From the IMG/VR virus record IMGVR_UViG_3300027608_000010: DNA of 64,000 nucleotides; one strand, given 5' to 3'. This document shows positions 34,001-41,941 of the stretch, piece by piece. This DNA comes from a virus (taxonomy: Duplodnaviria; Caudoviricetes). The notes beneath the pieces were generated by a model. It saw only the letters and a program-made list of their open reading frames with translations, searched no databases and had not been told where the DNA came from. Within the stretch, counting starts at the first letter, position 1. Every line of letters starts with the position of its first letter. Both the position numbers and the translations under genes were made by a program.

Positions 34001-37000
34001 CAGTGTATTCAATCAAAAAGCATATGGAACTTATTATGTGACTATAACTTCCCCCGGTGTTGCATTCAGAGTCGGAGACACTATTACCATTACCGGTGAT
34101 TATTTAGGAGGTGAAACTCCTGAAAACGATATTGTAATTACTGTAACAGAATTGACAACCGGCGGAGTTAGTAGTCCGATAAATAAAGTATCATTTGTTG
34201 GTACTCCTTTTGTCTCGTCTACAATTGATGTAAATGAAGAAAATATTCAAGATGTTGTGCTTACCGCTAGTTTACAAGGTGCAGTAATACCTATAGTTAG
34301 TGCCAGTGCAGATTCAGATGAGACTACTATCATTCAAGTTAACTATTTACCAAGCACATTGAGACCCGGACAGCTTAAAGGATTAAAAGCATATTTTTAT
34401 AGAAATTTAGCACCTTATACATATAATGATACCGGTGCAAACTTTAAAGCAACGGTTGCAATTGGTAGTACATCAACTTTCACAGGCACGATTTCAGGAA
34501 CAACACTAACAGTAACAACAGGTCCTGTAGGTACTGGAATTTCAATAGGTGACATTTTAACTGGTGGCTCAATTGCATCTGATATCTATATTGTTAGAAA
34601 CTTAACCGGTACTAGCACAAGTACAAATAGTTCATGGACTATAAATTCATCGATTACACAAGTCACTACTGTTACATTTACAGTAACTCCTGTAACAATG
34701 ACAGTCACTGAAGTCACGCACGGTAAACTAAGTGCAGGACAGACACTATATGGTACTGGAGTTACTTCAGGAACTAAAATAGCTTTACCAGTAACCGGTA
34801 CTATAGGTGGTACGGGCTCTTACAAATTAACTAAAGCACAAACAGTATCGGCTTCAACAAGCATACAAACAAATGGTGGTGCAATTCTTGAAATTCATAG
34901 ACCAAACTTTGATCCGCTAGTTCTTATTAATAGATACTATCTAAAAATAGTTGATTCAGGTTCTATTTACAAAGACGGGGATACGGTTATTATTCCGGGA
35001 GACCTATTAGGTGGAGTTACCGGTACTAATGATGCTGTTATTGATATTGTATTTGCTAATGACGTTACTGGAGAAATACAGGTTTCAAAAATTAACGGTC
35101 TCTCTGTTGGCTATATTGCTTCTTATTACATTTTCCCATTCTCAGCTAATGAATTGAAAGTATACTCTGATGTTAGTTTAGTAAAACCAGTACCATTCAT
35201 TAACTTCATTTATACAAGTGATGGAACAAATGATTTTGCATATTTACCTGAACCATTGCTAATTAGTGGTGGATACAAGTACGCTATAACAGCCTTAGTC
35301 TCATACAACAACAAAGTATATCGTTGTTTAGAAAGTAACAGCGATGATTATTTTGATAACGCTAAGTGGCAAGAAATTGTTATTTCTGATCGTGAGTTAA
35401 ATGCGGTCGATAGAATTTTGGGTTATTATCAACCAACAATAGATATGCCAGCAAAAGATTTAGGTCAATTGCTACTTGGAGTAACTAATCCTAATCCAAC
35501 TTATCTTGGAAATAGTTTTGCTCCGGATGAAGTCTTACCATTAGATGTTATTGTTAAAGATGATAGATTTTATCCAAGAGAAGTCAACATACATGCAATG
35601 ATACCTATTCCAATCTATGATGAAGAAAACACATTGATTAGAACTGAATACATCTCTATTGGTGAATCTGAGAAAGAATCATTATTAATGGTAAGTAGTG
35701 ATGGTCTTACATGGGGAAAAACTACGCTAGTTGATTGGTCATTTAAAAACTTACATGTAGGAGATATTGGTGTAACGGATGTTGCATTTAATGGGTTTGT
35801 ATATGTTATCACTACAACTAATGCCAAAACGTCATTACTGATAAGTTTTGATAAAGTAAATTGGGTCACTATTGGTGAACAAATATCATATGACTTTGGT
35901 GGTTTTAGTGATATTGGATACGATACAGTTGCTGTTGATAGCCCAGAAACTCCACTAAATGCAATCACATCTGTGGGTGAGAAATTTTTTGCATGCGGTA
36001 TGTATCAAATTGTTAAGAGTGATGACGGTATATTATGGGAAAGCGTATACACTAACACTAGTAGATTATATCAAAATCTTAATGATATACGATATATTGA
36101 ATCTAAAAACTTTGAAGGATATATCGCTGTTGGTATAGGAAATAGAGTAACATCCGGTAATGAAACTGCGGCTCCTGTAGTAGAGAGTTATGGAAAAGTA
36201 ATGTACAGTATTACCGGTAATGAATGGGTCGAAAGTTTTGTGTATTTTACTAATTATGAACTATATGCCATAACTGCATCAGATGTATTAATTGTAGTTG
36301 TGGGAGATAACGGAGAAATTTGGAATAGTTTAAATGCTTCTAACTGGGGGAAAATTTCTCCATTAAATTATCTAGGAAATCCAATAACTACGTCACTACG
36401 AGATGTAATCTATGCTAATGAGATTTTTATTGCTGTAGGTAACAATGGTGTGATACTTAGATCCACTGATGGTTATACTTGGACTGATCAAAATTATCCG
36501 GTACATTTCACAAATGATTTGTGGAATATTTCTTATGATGGCACATACTTCTTTATTGTAGGAAACAATGGTGCAATGTTCCGTAGTGTTAACGGATTAT
36601 TCTGGACAGATATTAGTAATATTACTGTTGAAGAACCGTTGTATAGTATTAAAGGTAGTGACTTCTTAACTGGTTATGGTCCTGAAGAGATGGTTCCTGG
36701 AGTAGTTAGTGACCATATGTATATGCGTGTTCTTACTAGACCAGGCGGATGGTGGGATAATGATACAATATCACAAGAAAAGATTTACGGGTATACTGGT
36801 TTCAACCTGGTATCTAAAATTGATAGTAGCGGAATTACTCTCATAAGTTTTGCAGACATGGTTAAGAACCCTGCTCAATTAGCAGTATTCAGTATTGATA
36901 ATACTACGTTAATGGGTCCTCGTCTTTATGAAGGGATTGATTACCTTGTAAATTGGGTTACTAAACAAATTTCTTTGCTTTATGCTGGTAATTCAGTATT

Positions 37001-38579
37001 GATTGAAGTATATGAGATTGGTAATGGAAATCAATTAGCAAGAGGCACAACTGATCATGTTCCTATATATACTAATTCAATTACCGGCATGAGTGAAATT
37101 AGATTAGATTGTCAATATATCTTATTAGAAACTCCAATAGTATATCACAATGGTTCTAGATTGGAATATATTACTGACTATGTAGTAGAGTTAAGTGAAA
37201 ACAACTTGATGGCAATAATTTTTGAAAATGAATATGATGCTACTGTTGATTTTATTTCATATGCGGTATTAGCTGATAGTACTTACACAACTGATTATAA
37301 TACTGAAGATCATTTTGGTTATAGTATACCCGAGACAGAAGTTTTTGAATATACAACATCAACTACATTCACGTTATCTAACGATTTGTATTATCTTGGC
37401 GCACTGTTGGGCGGTCCAACTGTTGCCACTGATAATGAAAATAATGCAATCGTTGAATTAAATGGATTGAGATTAAATCCTGCAGATTATACAATTGATG
37501 CAGTAGCAGGTACAGTTATTATACCTAGTGCAACCTCAGGTGATATTATTGCGGTCACTTCTTACCATGACACAAAACGTCAATATTTAAATACTGATAT
37601 CTCGACTTCTATAAAAACATATGCAGTATATAATGTAGATACAACTTCATATAATAAAGTTAATATAGTGTTTGAAAATATTACTGGTCTTGTTTCCGGC
37701 GATTTAGTTGTACTAGATGGATTCTTGGGTTCTACTCAACTCAATAATGTTCAAGTTTATGTCAAAGCAGAAACACCGTTTGTAGAAGATACTATAACTT
37801 ATTATCCGTTTAGCTTGTATTTTGAATCAACCTTCTTGACAGCAATCAGAAGTGAGTTGGTAACTAAATATGTAGGTAGAGGGTTTGCAACAAAAGTTAG
37901 TGATCTGATAGACATAACAGTAAGTTTTGTTAATTTAATTTCAACCAGTGAAAATTTTTATGTTGTTCCTACTGATGAAAATAGAACATGGGTGACAGTT
38001 AATGGAAATAGACTGTCTTCTGATCAAATAAGATTTATTCCAGGTGAGAATGCAACTAAATTGAATCTGCTCGTTGAAGTTAACTTAGGTGATGTGGTAA
38101 TAGCGACTACAATGGTCCCTGGAGCTACACCAAATAGCAACTCTTATATTTTAAATGTAAATAAGCATAAAGAAGCATCTGTTAATCAATCTGAAATAAA
38201 ACAGAGTACTTGGATAGTACCAGCAGTAAGACCTGCAGGCGGTAGCCCTGATTTCCTTGTATCTGACGATGTAATCTACTTGAACAATGTTTCAAATGTA
38301 GTATATGAAGATACTAAAATTCTAGAAATTAACGGGGAGAAGATACGCTTCACTACAGTAGATTTTGAAGCAAATACTGTTTCCGGCTTAACTAGGGGAA
38401 TTGAAGGAACTGGACAAAAACTAATTCATAAAGTAAACGATATTGTATTCTCTATATCTAAGGCAACGACCTTGGTAAACGAACAATATAACAAACTTTG
38501 GTATAATAAGCAATCCGGTGATCCTATCCAACTTAGTGATACTGTTGCTACTAGGTTCTTAAATATTGGGCTAGAATAA
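22056..38579 (+). CDS. Giant 5507-aa virion structural protein (gp7-like wedge / fibre scaffold, multidomain)
   Basis: Uninterrupted 16.5-kb ORF directly after gp6; FG-GAP-like repeats (FGYSLA, FGFALD, FGYSVK...VGAP), Asp-box repeats (SSDGLTW, SDDGILW, STDGYTW), Ser/Thr/Gly-rich segment. Confidence 0.7.
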   Translation: MATQVRTIDFLPEIFKTKSNEQFLAATLDQITQQPDFVKVQGFVGSKFGYGVTASDGYVNEPTKERTDYQLEPAVVFKKKDTDVAIDAIPYSGLIDSLRTEGALGLDHNKLFNNEFYSWDSFTELDKIINYSQYYWLPQGPDDIIVATNTLFNNLDFTVTNIGAAYSLNSLLQTFTENNPTITLVRGGTYTFTVSQDSEFWIQTEPGTSGVRADSPNISTREVVGVDFNGSTQGTITFTVPLSSSQNDNYYPGNLSVDLVSDKKFDEVHGKSLSELSQIDGEVNFNGKTLLFYKSTSADIGYRGTFFDEYDFDSDSPGNVEKISIEVTQTEAIGNLIHTTSTSDLAVGSDITFSGISFGGIIVGQVYYVKTVNSSTTFTIAPTFDGTVVALTNGSTDSNAPLLAEVNVGGLEEGKTTTVNDNFYKITLVGDINNPTIYLEEHSAIPNDQRIQVTNGKEYVNRVLVRNTYGEILLVPIITANLDTLYYQDGKTETQFGKINLVDGLYLSKIDVLTDILNKPNYKSPNDVKFTNGIKVKFFGNVFPEEYLQDAYYVEGVGSSIQLIPVSEQLVPEPFTEGEAVPLDSDGFDVSPYSDSALVPALPDYITIGRGSKNKNGWSRSNRWFHVNALNLTLEKNSNSPLVLSAFNNSDVRAKRPIIEFYPDLKLFNSGAIGKPPVDFIDLNTTNAFTQVSGKLATTYHPDGASSFAFDGARIIFANDDDPKIKGQIFIVSLADNNSDYRFKVTLSKAVNGEVRFNDQTVITKGEYSKGLTYYFDGSNWHEAQSKKTINQPPLFDLFDSNGISYGNDEYYPGTDFSGTKLFSYAEGAGQPDPILKFPIKYSSITNIGDIVFESRLNSDTFNYVADSTSITSNINNGYVHSYDSNIDFTRLIGWQTAVEYSIQYQIFNLVYTGSSLICDIAAKDPESTKWPVITVYEDNQRITDYEYTTSATTTKITLLTPPPIGTPVEILIHSDQVSKIGYYQIPSNFDHNPFNEEISTINLGDLRGHYKSICNNLKTIEGPAFGPNNFRDLGNTVPYGTRIIQNSSSLITPAILTKASKFNFLDALLFNSNQYTKFKTSLLDMVNNNDYLSIQPASIILDDALEQITNNRDETMSFFWSDMIPCKGVHSQKTYTFNSSVDASIFPLSRFYDFTNANYFGILVYLSRIIDGTKRTIQLMKDVDYVVKNTEKLLRINTDLLPNDVIIVREYSQTYGNYVPNTPTKLGFYPSYIPEVILDDSYSKPTYFIKGHDGSLTKLFGEYNNGFLEDNRDRALLEFEKRVYNNLKVNAKIPVEYDEIIPGQFRKSDYTFDEINAIYATQFLNWAGNNNIDYTAQTYFETNEFTWNYKGTKNKLDNSYVNQGYWRGIYLWYYDTTTPHTTPWEMLGLVNKPSWWNNRYGEAPYTSDNTLLWTDISNGLIWNNGDSYVNERRIRSRLLEVLPVDSAGRLISPFVSIVNSYNSLSFENTWNVADTGPAEYSYKKSSTWPFDLLRIFALTKPAEFFSLGINLDAFRYNTEFNQYLIFNRKRQTTSDIPVYGDGTATHSLFNWIVDYANQYGIDGHTQLVEYITNIDVRLAYRMAGFSDKSLLKFFAEKGSPNSKNNSLLIPDESFNILLTHNQPTKNIIYSSVIIQRTRKGYRVYGNDKERSYFVANDPRFDGRYENISMGSQTVSLSTHFFNSTTIYPYGYEFTSVLTLANFLNGYGKYLASVGFTFENIENGIEINWRQMIVEVLYWVDSGWEEGSVINLNPNASSLTISNSIGVVQSLTDTNNNLIFNQNQIPISLKDLAITRLGTTFTVKVLNSGDAIGFFKANISSYEHIVIFDNITVFNDILFNLKTGLRQQRLFMRGSKTAQWDGTLNAPGFIINQDNILDWEANVRYSKGSIVKYKNSYWIYLPAMSKPQSVFKPEEWNPVDYNLMQKGLLPNASTRAKESTLYYDSNTTNLKKDADLLSFSLIGYRPRNYFSEINLDDTTQVNLYKSMIVNKGTKNSLDILLGATLQETDLNYTFHDNWAIKQSEYGGKMNKNFIEVTLDEKLLVGNPSIVSITQGITEDGAHQEIQFYDIKNYSTPPKDVNFLPSISATEENLLPSAGYVNIDDIQTYAFYPGMLNSANIGDLYKNDYVWVADVAGDWKVYTPIRLGINLITVRNSLNSQAVFVFDNPHTLTENELFGVINFNPNINGYYTVIGVLSLNSISVIKNIDPSTTTLTGIGITFKLSNQRVERAKDILGLPLLNAEYVKNKVWVDKDVNGEWNVLQKTNSYTYKTASTPALSVEFGATVAAIDSGYLVADPSAGKVFYYVDSALSATDWKLSATLSQGSGFGSAIASNDKILVISQPDPFGDLSKIYIYRMVANSKINCLVEEQIISFTNTMFGTGITVGSVGTALALSGDGNYLYISATDLILDGSPTVGLFFSFQLDQGLIYYDVGYTLSSAITPGSTQFDIYGDIGTAPQGRRITFTAFGVGDDVYTIVTAKYNSSTLITTVYIYETIPYTVSTGSTMYLGVLNYSLVGAVSSEGYGGYQDKFGYSLATNHDGTRLFVGSPLADWSYGAGLVDTGFVFSFNRLVEKWEVVGDSPLNSAALFFLSWTPNYGSAVYINEVRVNPSYYVLISNLLVTFLELKSGDIITVSSGNVLLMQRLQGAGTIDEFDSFEKFGFALDCNTSATDLIVGSPNNLDSLGHEGAVFRFTNEGKRTGVITGIIQCHLLCPVDIFINGFRVSLPDPDPYQGIAGDAFYVANRINLSVVNNVFAYASEDNRLHIRLRDFNLGPVNNKLNITVFGSNYYHKDTFTGDGVTAAFTLENAPANISALTVTIDGLNIPYAVLNNDNSITIYFTLTGSVVTFVQAPWNAGEIIITWTEALAAPSTILTQLGISEYITTEVITDPRPSSRTSFGYSVKFNELNSFIVGAPTTDRYFSTSFDFTDDTNNHNDCVFDNNFTQWEDIYKNAGTAYIYEYIDSQGETLLTLGNYTYAQSLPDLSTSYGKQPYYGKSVSLRNNHAVIGAPSHRYLTGNNVGRAVAYQNLTGDKHWSVLRKSTSITDVSKIQKVQLYDNETNQTLDSLDYFDPLQGKLLGTIADNLDFITTIDPAGYNNEMFTGTIVWTANKVGTLWFDISSTKFMNYHQEDIEYNSKYWGAVFPGSIVTVYSWIESNVIPINYPGPGTPYDYSSYSMSYENDAGGNLNVHYYYWVRNTNKLFSAHGKTLTDTVIESYIKDPHGSGIDYFVALKPNVFGLYNVREYINEKTTNLHIGYSSTDVDIPIHSEFQLIRSNYTNDFLPGLPDGRNYLAPEGLYRKFIESFAGQDDFGQVLPNPGLPKLLQIGIGSRPNQTMFIDRSTALKNYLQYANRVLKNYPISELPNLNFLSLAGEDYDTTLFWDYVYWWADGYSDNVKTIFEVDAYYDLVKETVKEGTIVGVSKNSQGKREVYKFTSGVWERIGVEDGTIEFSSKLWNPVGDNIGYGDDFFDVSSFDAYPAVETKNIIRALNEQIYTGELAEHRNKSLILMFEYIQSENVNSNNYLPWLTKTSLADVSYKIRELKPYQKYQNENTNLLEGFINEIKPYHTVLKEFYFTYSGTESYEMSMTDFDLPATFSSFTSRYESPKLKYVNVNTEADIVSTDTIWSTNTEYNLWYNNFGLELESKENQQIGVVSKYLGTTSTEIFLENARGVPVTGLIKINDELIRYTQVDREQKRLYGLSRGVDNTIVTEHYPKTIVYSDSSGVVVVSSGRGYVDPPIVKAYIDTSKYPAPRKEAVLRSVLVDDKVVEVQIIDPGDGYVVTPEIIFDPAFSITFDGTQLNYQSNLLVIESDDLRTGDQIKITSNSNQFEAIQPGYYYARVLGFNTRLLTAAKPVVSLHYRYLDSISGEYKVVFKINKLNLPLSYTLAMVPKVVVKTKNSKSRQLNSKLRFDRTSYNSFIVPWESGIFWPSSFNSLGNDASSNVPISVSTEYKFDQTLAILDGTISVASSTGEGFKFSVFNQKAYGTYYVTITSPGVAFRVGDTITITGDYLGGETPENDIVITVTELTTGGVSSPINKVSFVGTPFVSSTIDVNEENIQDVVLTASLQGAVIPIVSASADSDETTIIQVNYLPSTLRPGQLKGLKAYFYRNLAPYTYNDTGANFKATVAIGSTSTFTGTISGTTLTVTTGPVGTGISIGDILTGGSIASDIYIVRNLTGTSTSTNSSWTINSSITQVTTVTFTVTPVTMTVTEVTHGKLSAGQTLYGTGVTSGTKIALPVTGTIGGTGSYKLTKAQTVSASTSIQTNGGAILEIHRPNFDPLVLINRYYLKIVDSGSIYKDGDTVIIPGDLLGGVTGTNDAVIDIVFANDVTGEIQVSKINGLSVGYIASYYIFPFSANELKVYSDVSLVKPVPFINFIYTSDGTNDFAYLPEPLLISGGYKYAITALVSYNNKVYRCLESNSDDYFDNAKWQEIVISDRELNAVDRILGYYQPTIDMPAKDLGQLLLGVTNPNPTYLGNSFAPDEVLPLDVIVKDDRFYPREVNIHAMIPIPIYDEENTLIRTEYISIGESEKESLLMVSSDGLTWGKTTLVDWSFKNLHVGDIGVTDVAFNGFVYVITTTNAKTSLLISFDKVNWVTIGEQISYDFGGFSDIGYDTVAVDSPETPLNAITSVGEKFFACGMYQIVKSDDGILWESVYTNTSRLYQNLNDIRYIESKNFEGYIAVGIGNRVTSGNETAAPVVESYGKVMYSITGNEWVESFVYFTNYELYAITASDVLIVVVGDNGEIWNSLNASNWGKISPLNYLGNPITTSLRDVIYANEIFIAVGNNGVILRSTDGYTWTDQNYPVHFTNDLWNISYDGTYFFIVGNNGAMFRSVNGLFWTDISNITVEEPLYSIKGSDFLTGYGPEEMVPGVVSDHMYMRVLTRPGGWWDNDTISQEKIYGYTGFNLVSKIDSSGITLISFADMVKNPAQLAVFSIDNTTLMGPRLYEGIDYLVNWVTKQISLLYAGNSVLIEVYEIGNGNQLARGTTDHVPIYTNSITGMSEIRLDCQYILLETPIVYHNGSRLEYITDYVVELSENNLMAIIFENEYDATVDFISYAVLADSTYTTDYNTEDHFGYSIPETEVFEYTTSTTFTLSNDLYYLGALLGGPTVATDNENNAIVELNGLRLNPADYTIDAVAGTVIIPSATSGDIIAVTSYHDTKRQYLNTDISTSIKTYAVYNVDTTSYNKVNIVFENITGLVSGDLVVLDGFLGSTQLNNVQVYVKAETPFVEDTITYYPFSLYFESTFLTAIRSELVTKYVGRGFATKVSDLIDITVSFVNLISTSENFYVVPTDENRTWVTVNGNRLSSDQIRFIPGENATKLNLLVEVNLGDVVIATTMVPGATPNSNSYILNVNKHKEASVNQSEIKQSTWIVPAVRPAGGSPDFLVSDDVIYLNNVSNVVYEDTKILEINGEKIRFTTVDFEANTVSGLTRGIEGTGQKLIHKVNDIVFSISKATTLVNEQYNKLWYNKQSGDPIQLSDTVATRFLNIGLE

Positions 38580-38590
38580 TAGATAAATAA

Positions 38591-38755
38591 ATGATTATGA
38601 ATGAAAAACCCATTGATGTAGAGCAACCCAAACACCAAGATTCTACCCCAGGTCCGACTCCGGATGAACAGGGAGGGTTTGTTTTTAGTTCAGTTATTAA
38701 GATTTCCGATCCTAATACAAAAGAGATTCTATTACACATGCGAGGCGACGATTAA
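38591..38755 (+). CDS. 54-aa protein (not in track)
   Basis: MIMNEKPIDV...PDEQGGFVFSSVIKISDPNTKEILLHMRGDD; ATAAATA at 38583-38589; TAATG coupling to the next gene. Confidence 0.65.
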   Translation: MIMNEKPIDVEQPKHQDSTPGPTPDEQGGFVFSSVIKISDPNTKEILLHMRGDD

Positions 38756-39375
38756 TGTCACAAGTAACAATTCCAATTCAAATCGAGGGCTTTTTGAAAG
38801 TATTCGACCCCAACAATGGGGAAGTTTTCTATGATGGTCATAATGCTATCCACTATGAAAATATTAGTGTAGCTATTGCCGATACTCTAAGTAGTCGAGG
38901 ATATGGGAGCATTTTAAAGATGGCGTTTGGTAACGGTGGGGCCAGTGTCGATGAGACCGGAGTTATCACATATTTACCAACCAATACTACAGGACAGAAT
39001 GCTTCTTTATATAGTCAAACATATGTAAAAATCATAGATGACACTAGTGTGCTTAACACAGATACTAGTAGAAATAAGATGACAGTTAGTCACCCTACTG
39101 GTAAAGTATATTCTGATATTATTATAGAATGTATTTTGGATTACGGGGAGCCAGCAGGGCAGTTAGCATTTGACAATGGTACGAGAAATCAGTCAGCATA
39201 CGTGTTTGATGAAATTGGTCTAATTGCAGACTACGGAAGTGATGCTAACGGTAATGAACTTACAAAATTACTTACCCATGTTATATTTCACCCGGTTCAA
39301 AAGAGTTTAAATAGGCAAATTCAGATTGACTATACAATCCGAATTCAAAGTTTGACCAACTTAATCACGGTTTAA
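38755..39375 (+). CDS. Virion/baseplate-associated protein (tail-collar-like)
   Basis: 206 aa; MAFGNGG, FDEIGL, LLTHVIFHPVQKSLNR resemble tail-fibre collar / gpH-like motifs. Confidence 0.5.
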   Translation: MSQVTIPIQIEGFLKVFDPNNGEVFYDGHNAIHYENISVAIADTLSSRGYGSILKMAFGNGGASVDETGVITYLPTNTTGQNASLYSQTYVKIIDDTSVLNTDTSRNKMTVSHPTGKVYSDIIIECILDYGEPAGQLAFDNGTRNQSAYVFDEIGLIADYGSDANGNELTKLLTHVIFHPVQKSLNRQIQIDYTIRIQSLTNLITV

Positions 39376-39409
39376 AGATAAATACTACAATATTGCGGAG
39401 TAAAACAGA

Positions 39410-40630
39410 ATGGCATATCAAATACTAAGAACTAATGGATCAACCCTGACTACAATTCAGGATGGTACTATTAATACTACTAGCACCTCATTACAATTAC
39501 CTGGGCGAAATAAAGCAGGTTATGGTCAGGCATTGAATCAAAACTTTGTCAGAATCGTTGAGAACTTTGCTAGTGAAAATCCTCCCCCAAATCCTATTAA
39601 GGGACAACTTTGGTATGACACTGGTGCGGGAACATTGAATGTCTGTCCATATGACGGATTAACTAGCAAAACTTCTTGGAATACATTAGCAAGTACTGCT
39701 GGAGGCGGTGGTGGTGTAACAATTGGATCGCTGAACGTTACTGGAGATGCCGCTGTTAATGGTAATCTTACAGTTGATGGCGATATAGTTAGTGACACAT
39801 TAACTACCAGGTTAATCGATGTATCAGATACGATTACCACAGTTACCATTAATGCAACAAGTGGGACAATCAATGGTCTAAATACGCAAACAATTACTAC
39901 CGGCTCAGCGGCAACACCAGGAACAATGACCGGTACTTGGGCAGTAGTCGGGCCAACAACCGGCAACGTAATGACACTTACCGGTAATCTACGCTTTGCA
40001 GCTAGCACATATGGTGTAAGGTCAGATAACTACATGTATGCAAATGGTGCATCATTCACACCTACTGGTACATATTCTGATTCTAATGTTTCTGCATATC
40101 TAACTGATACTAATGTAAGTGGATTTAAGGGTAACATTGCCCCAACTAAAGTCACTACAAGTTATTTAGGTGCTCCTGGTAGTGGTGGCACTGTTCAAGG
40201 TATTTGGACTCTATCAGCTAATGCAAGATTTGAAGCTACATACGCTGACTTGGCTGAAAGATTTGAAGCAGATGCTGAATATGATCCTGGCACAGTTGTT
40301 GAACTTGGTGGAGAGAAAGAAGTCACTGCTGTAATAGATGATCTAAGCGATACTGTATTCGGTGTTGTAAGTAACACAGCGGCTTATTTAATGAATAGTC
40401 AAAAAGGATACACAGACAAAACACATCCTCCTATCGCAATTGGCGGTCGGGTCCAAGTTAAAATTAAAGGTCAAGTTAAAAAGGGTGATAGATTGGTTAG
40501 TGCTGGAAATGGATATGCTAGAGCCGCAACTAAAGAAGAATTAACTGCATTTAATACTATAGGTCGTTCGCTAGGTGATAAATTAGATGATACAGATGGA
40601 ACTATCGAAGCTATAGTGATGTTGAAATAA
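39410..40630 (+). CDS. Tail fibre-like protein with C-terminal intramolecular chaperone domain
   Basis: N-terminal GRNKAGYGQALNQNFVRIVENFA...GQLWYD anchor; C-terminal YADLAERFEAD..Y.PGTVV...GRV.VK; ATAAATA at 39378-39384. Confidence 0.7.
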   Translation: MAYQILRTNGSTLTTIQDGTINTTSTSLQLPGRNKAGYGQALNQNFVRIVENFASENPPPNPIKGQLWYDTGAGTLNVCPYDGLTSKTSWNTLASTAGGGGGVTIGSLNVTGDAAVNGNLTVDGDIVSDTLTTRLIDVSDTITTVTINATSGTINGLNTQTITTGSAATPGTMTGTWAVVGPTTGNVMTLTGNLRFAASTYGVRSDNYMYANGASFTPTGTYSDSNVSAYLTDTNVSGFKGNIAPTKVTTSYLGAPGSGGTVQGIWTLSANARFEATYADLAERFEADAEYDPGTVVELGGEKEVTAVIDDLSDTVFGVVSNTAAYLMNSQKGYTDKTHPPIAIGGRVQVKIKGQVKKGDRLVSAGNGYARAATKEELTAFNTIGRSLGDKLDDTDGTIEAIVMLK

Positions 40631-40642
40631 GAAGGAATTATA

Positions 40643-41599
40643 ATGGCATACCAAAAAGGCGGCAAAATTCAAGCAGAGGATCTCAATACTCTGATTAATA
40701 ATGTTAATTCAGTACTAGGTGATTTAGGTCAAACCACACTTGGTACGGTAACACAGTATTCTAAAATGACATTTGGTCAATGGAAAGCAGTTCTTGACTC
40801 CATGTCAAATCTTGGTAATCAACAAGGAACTGTACTTTCTAGTATTGCTACTCCTTTAACCGGGCAAGCAAGTTCATATGTTGCGGCTCTTATTACTAAT
40901 AAAAATGCGATTGAATCAAACAGAAGAAATGCAGCCGCACTAGGTACATTTGTATATAATGGAACCGAAGTTACAGCTGGATGGAGTAACTTTGTAAAAT
41001 TTACACAAAGTATAGCTTTTACTAACCAAGCAGCGGCAATTAATTATTTTAATGCAGGTGGTCAAATAGGTTTACAATTCGTACATCCAGCATCCGGTAC
41101 AGGTATTGACGGTGTTTTTAATGGATTGGCTACAAACTGCGGAACAGTCGTAATGAGTGGACAGAATACAGGCACACGATCAATTGCCGGAACAACATAT
41201 AATGGTATTACTAAAATTCCCCCCTCATTACCAGCACCCGGCAATTCTCCAACTATTGGTACTAATTTAGGATATGCTGGATTAACAACTGTTGGTCAAT
41301 CATTGTTCAAACAAATTGGTGCAACTTACGTTAATCCATCATTCGGTGGCGGAACATATAGTCAAAACTTTATTGAGGTTGTTGCCTACACCACTAATAA
41401 TGGTGCAACAGTTAATTTTGAGACTACGTGGGATGAAATTCCCAATGGATTGTTAACTGGAGCAGGATCTTATACCGGACCTGACGCAGTTAATAGGTCT
41501 AGAACAACGACATATATTGTTCAACGCCCGCCATCAACAACTTATATTACTAAGTCTTGGGGAACGTTAGTGTTTACTGGTACTGTTACTGGATCATAA
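40643..41599 (+). CDS. Virion structural protein, fibre-associated
   Basis: 318 aa, Gly/Thr/Asn-rich; NYFNAGGQI; follows the fibre gene. Confidence 0.5.
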   Translation: MAYQKGGKIQAEDLNTLINNVNSVLGDLGQTTLGTVTQYSKMTFGQWKAVLDSMSNLGNQQGTVLSSIATPLTGQASSYVAALITNKNAIESNRRNAAALGTFVYNGTEVTAGWSNFVKFTQSIAFTNQAAAINYFNAGGQIGLQFVHPASGTGIDGVFNGLATNCGTVVMSGQNTGTRSIAGTTYNGITKIPPSLPAPGNSPTIGTNLGYAGLTTVGQSLFKQIGATYVNPSFGGGTYSQNFIEVVAYTTNNGATVNFETTWDEIPNGLLTGAGSYTGPDAVNRSRTTTYIVQRPPSTTYITKSWGTLVFTGTVTGS

Positions 41600-41635
41600 A
41601 ATTCTATAGCATTATGTGTATCCAGTAAATACTGC

Positions 41636-41941
41636 ATGGACACAAAAGAATTAATCAAAGAAGCCAAAGCTAGATTTAGCCACAATTCAACTAAGGCTTA
41701 TCTAAAAAGCAAATATCAAAGTAAACTTATAGTAGCCGATCAAGGTGGACTATGGACAGCTACACCAAGTCTAATAGCATTTTTATCTTCTACACAAGAT
41801 AATAATACAGTGTTATTAGATTCATACGACAACCCAGTCAAAGTAGATACAACCAAACTATTAATCAAGTTAAAAGAAACATATCGTGTTACTATGGAAG
41901 AATGGTATGCTGAGTTCTCAACATTAGAGAAGACTAGATGA
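41636..41941 (+). CDS. Hypothetical protein, first gene of the glycan cluster
   Basis: 101 aa; GTAAATA (41625-41631) 4 nt upstream; ATGA-coupled to the next gene. Confidence 0.6.
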   Translation: MDTKELIKEAKARFSHNSTKAYLKSKYQSKLIVADQGGLWTATPSLIAFLSSTQDNNTVLLDSYDNPVKVDTTKLLIKLKETYRVTMEEWYAEFSTLEKTR

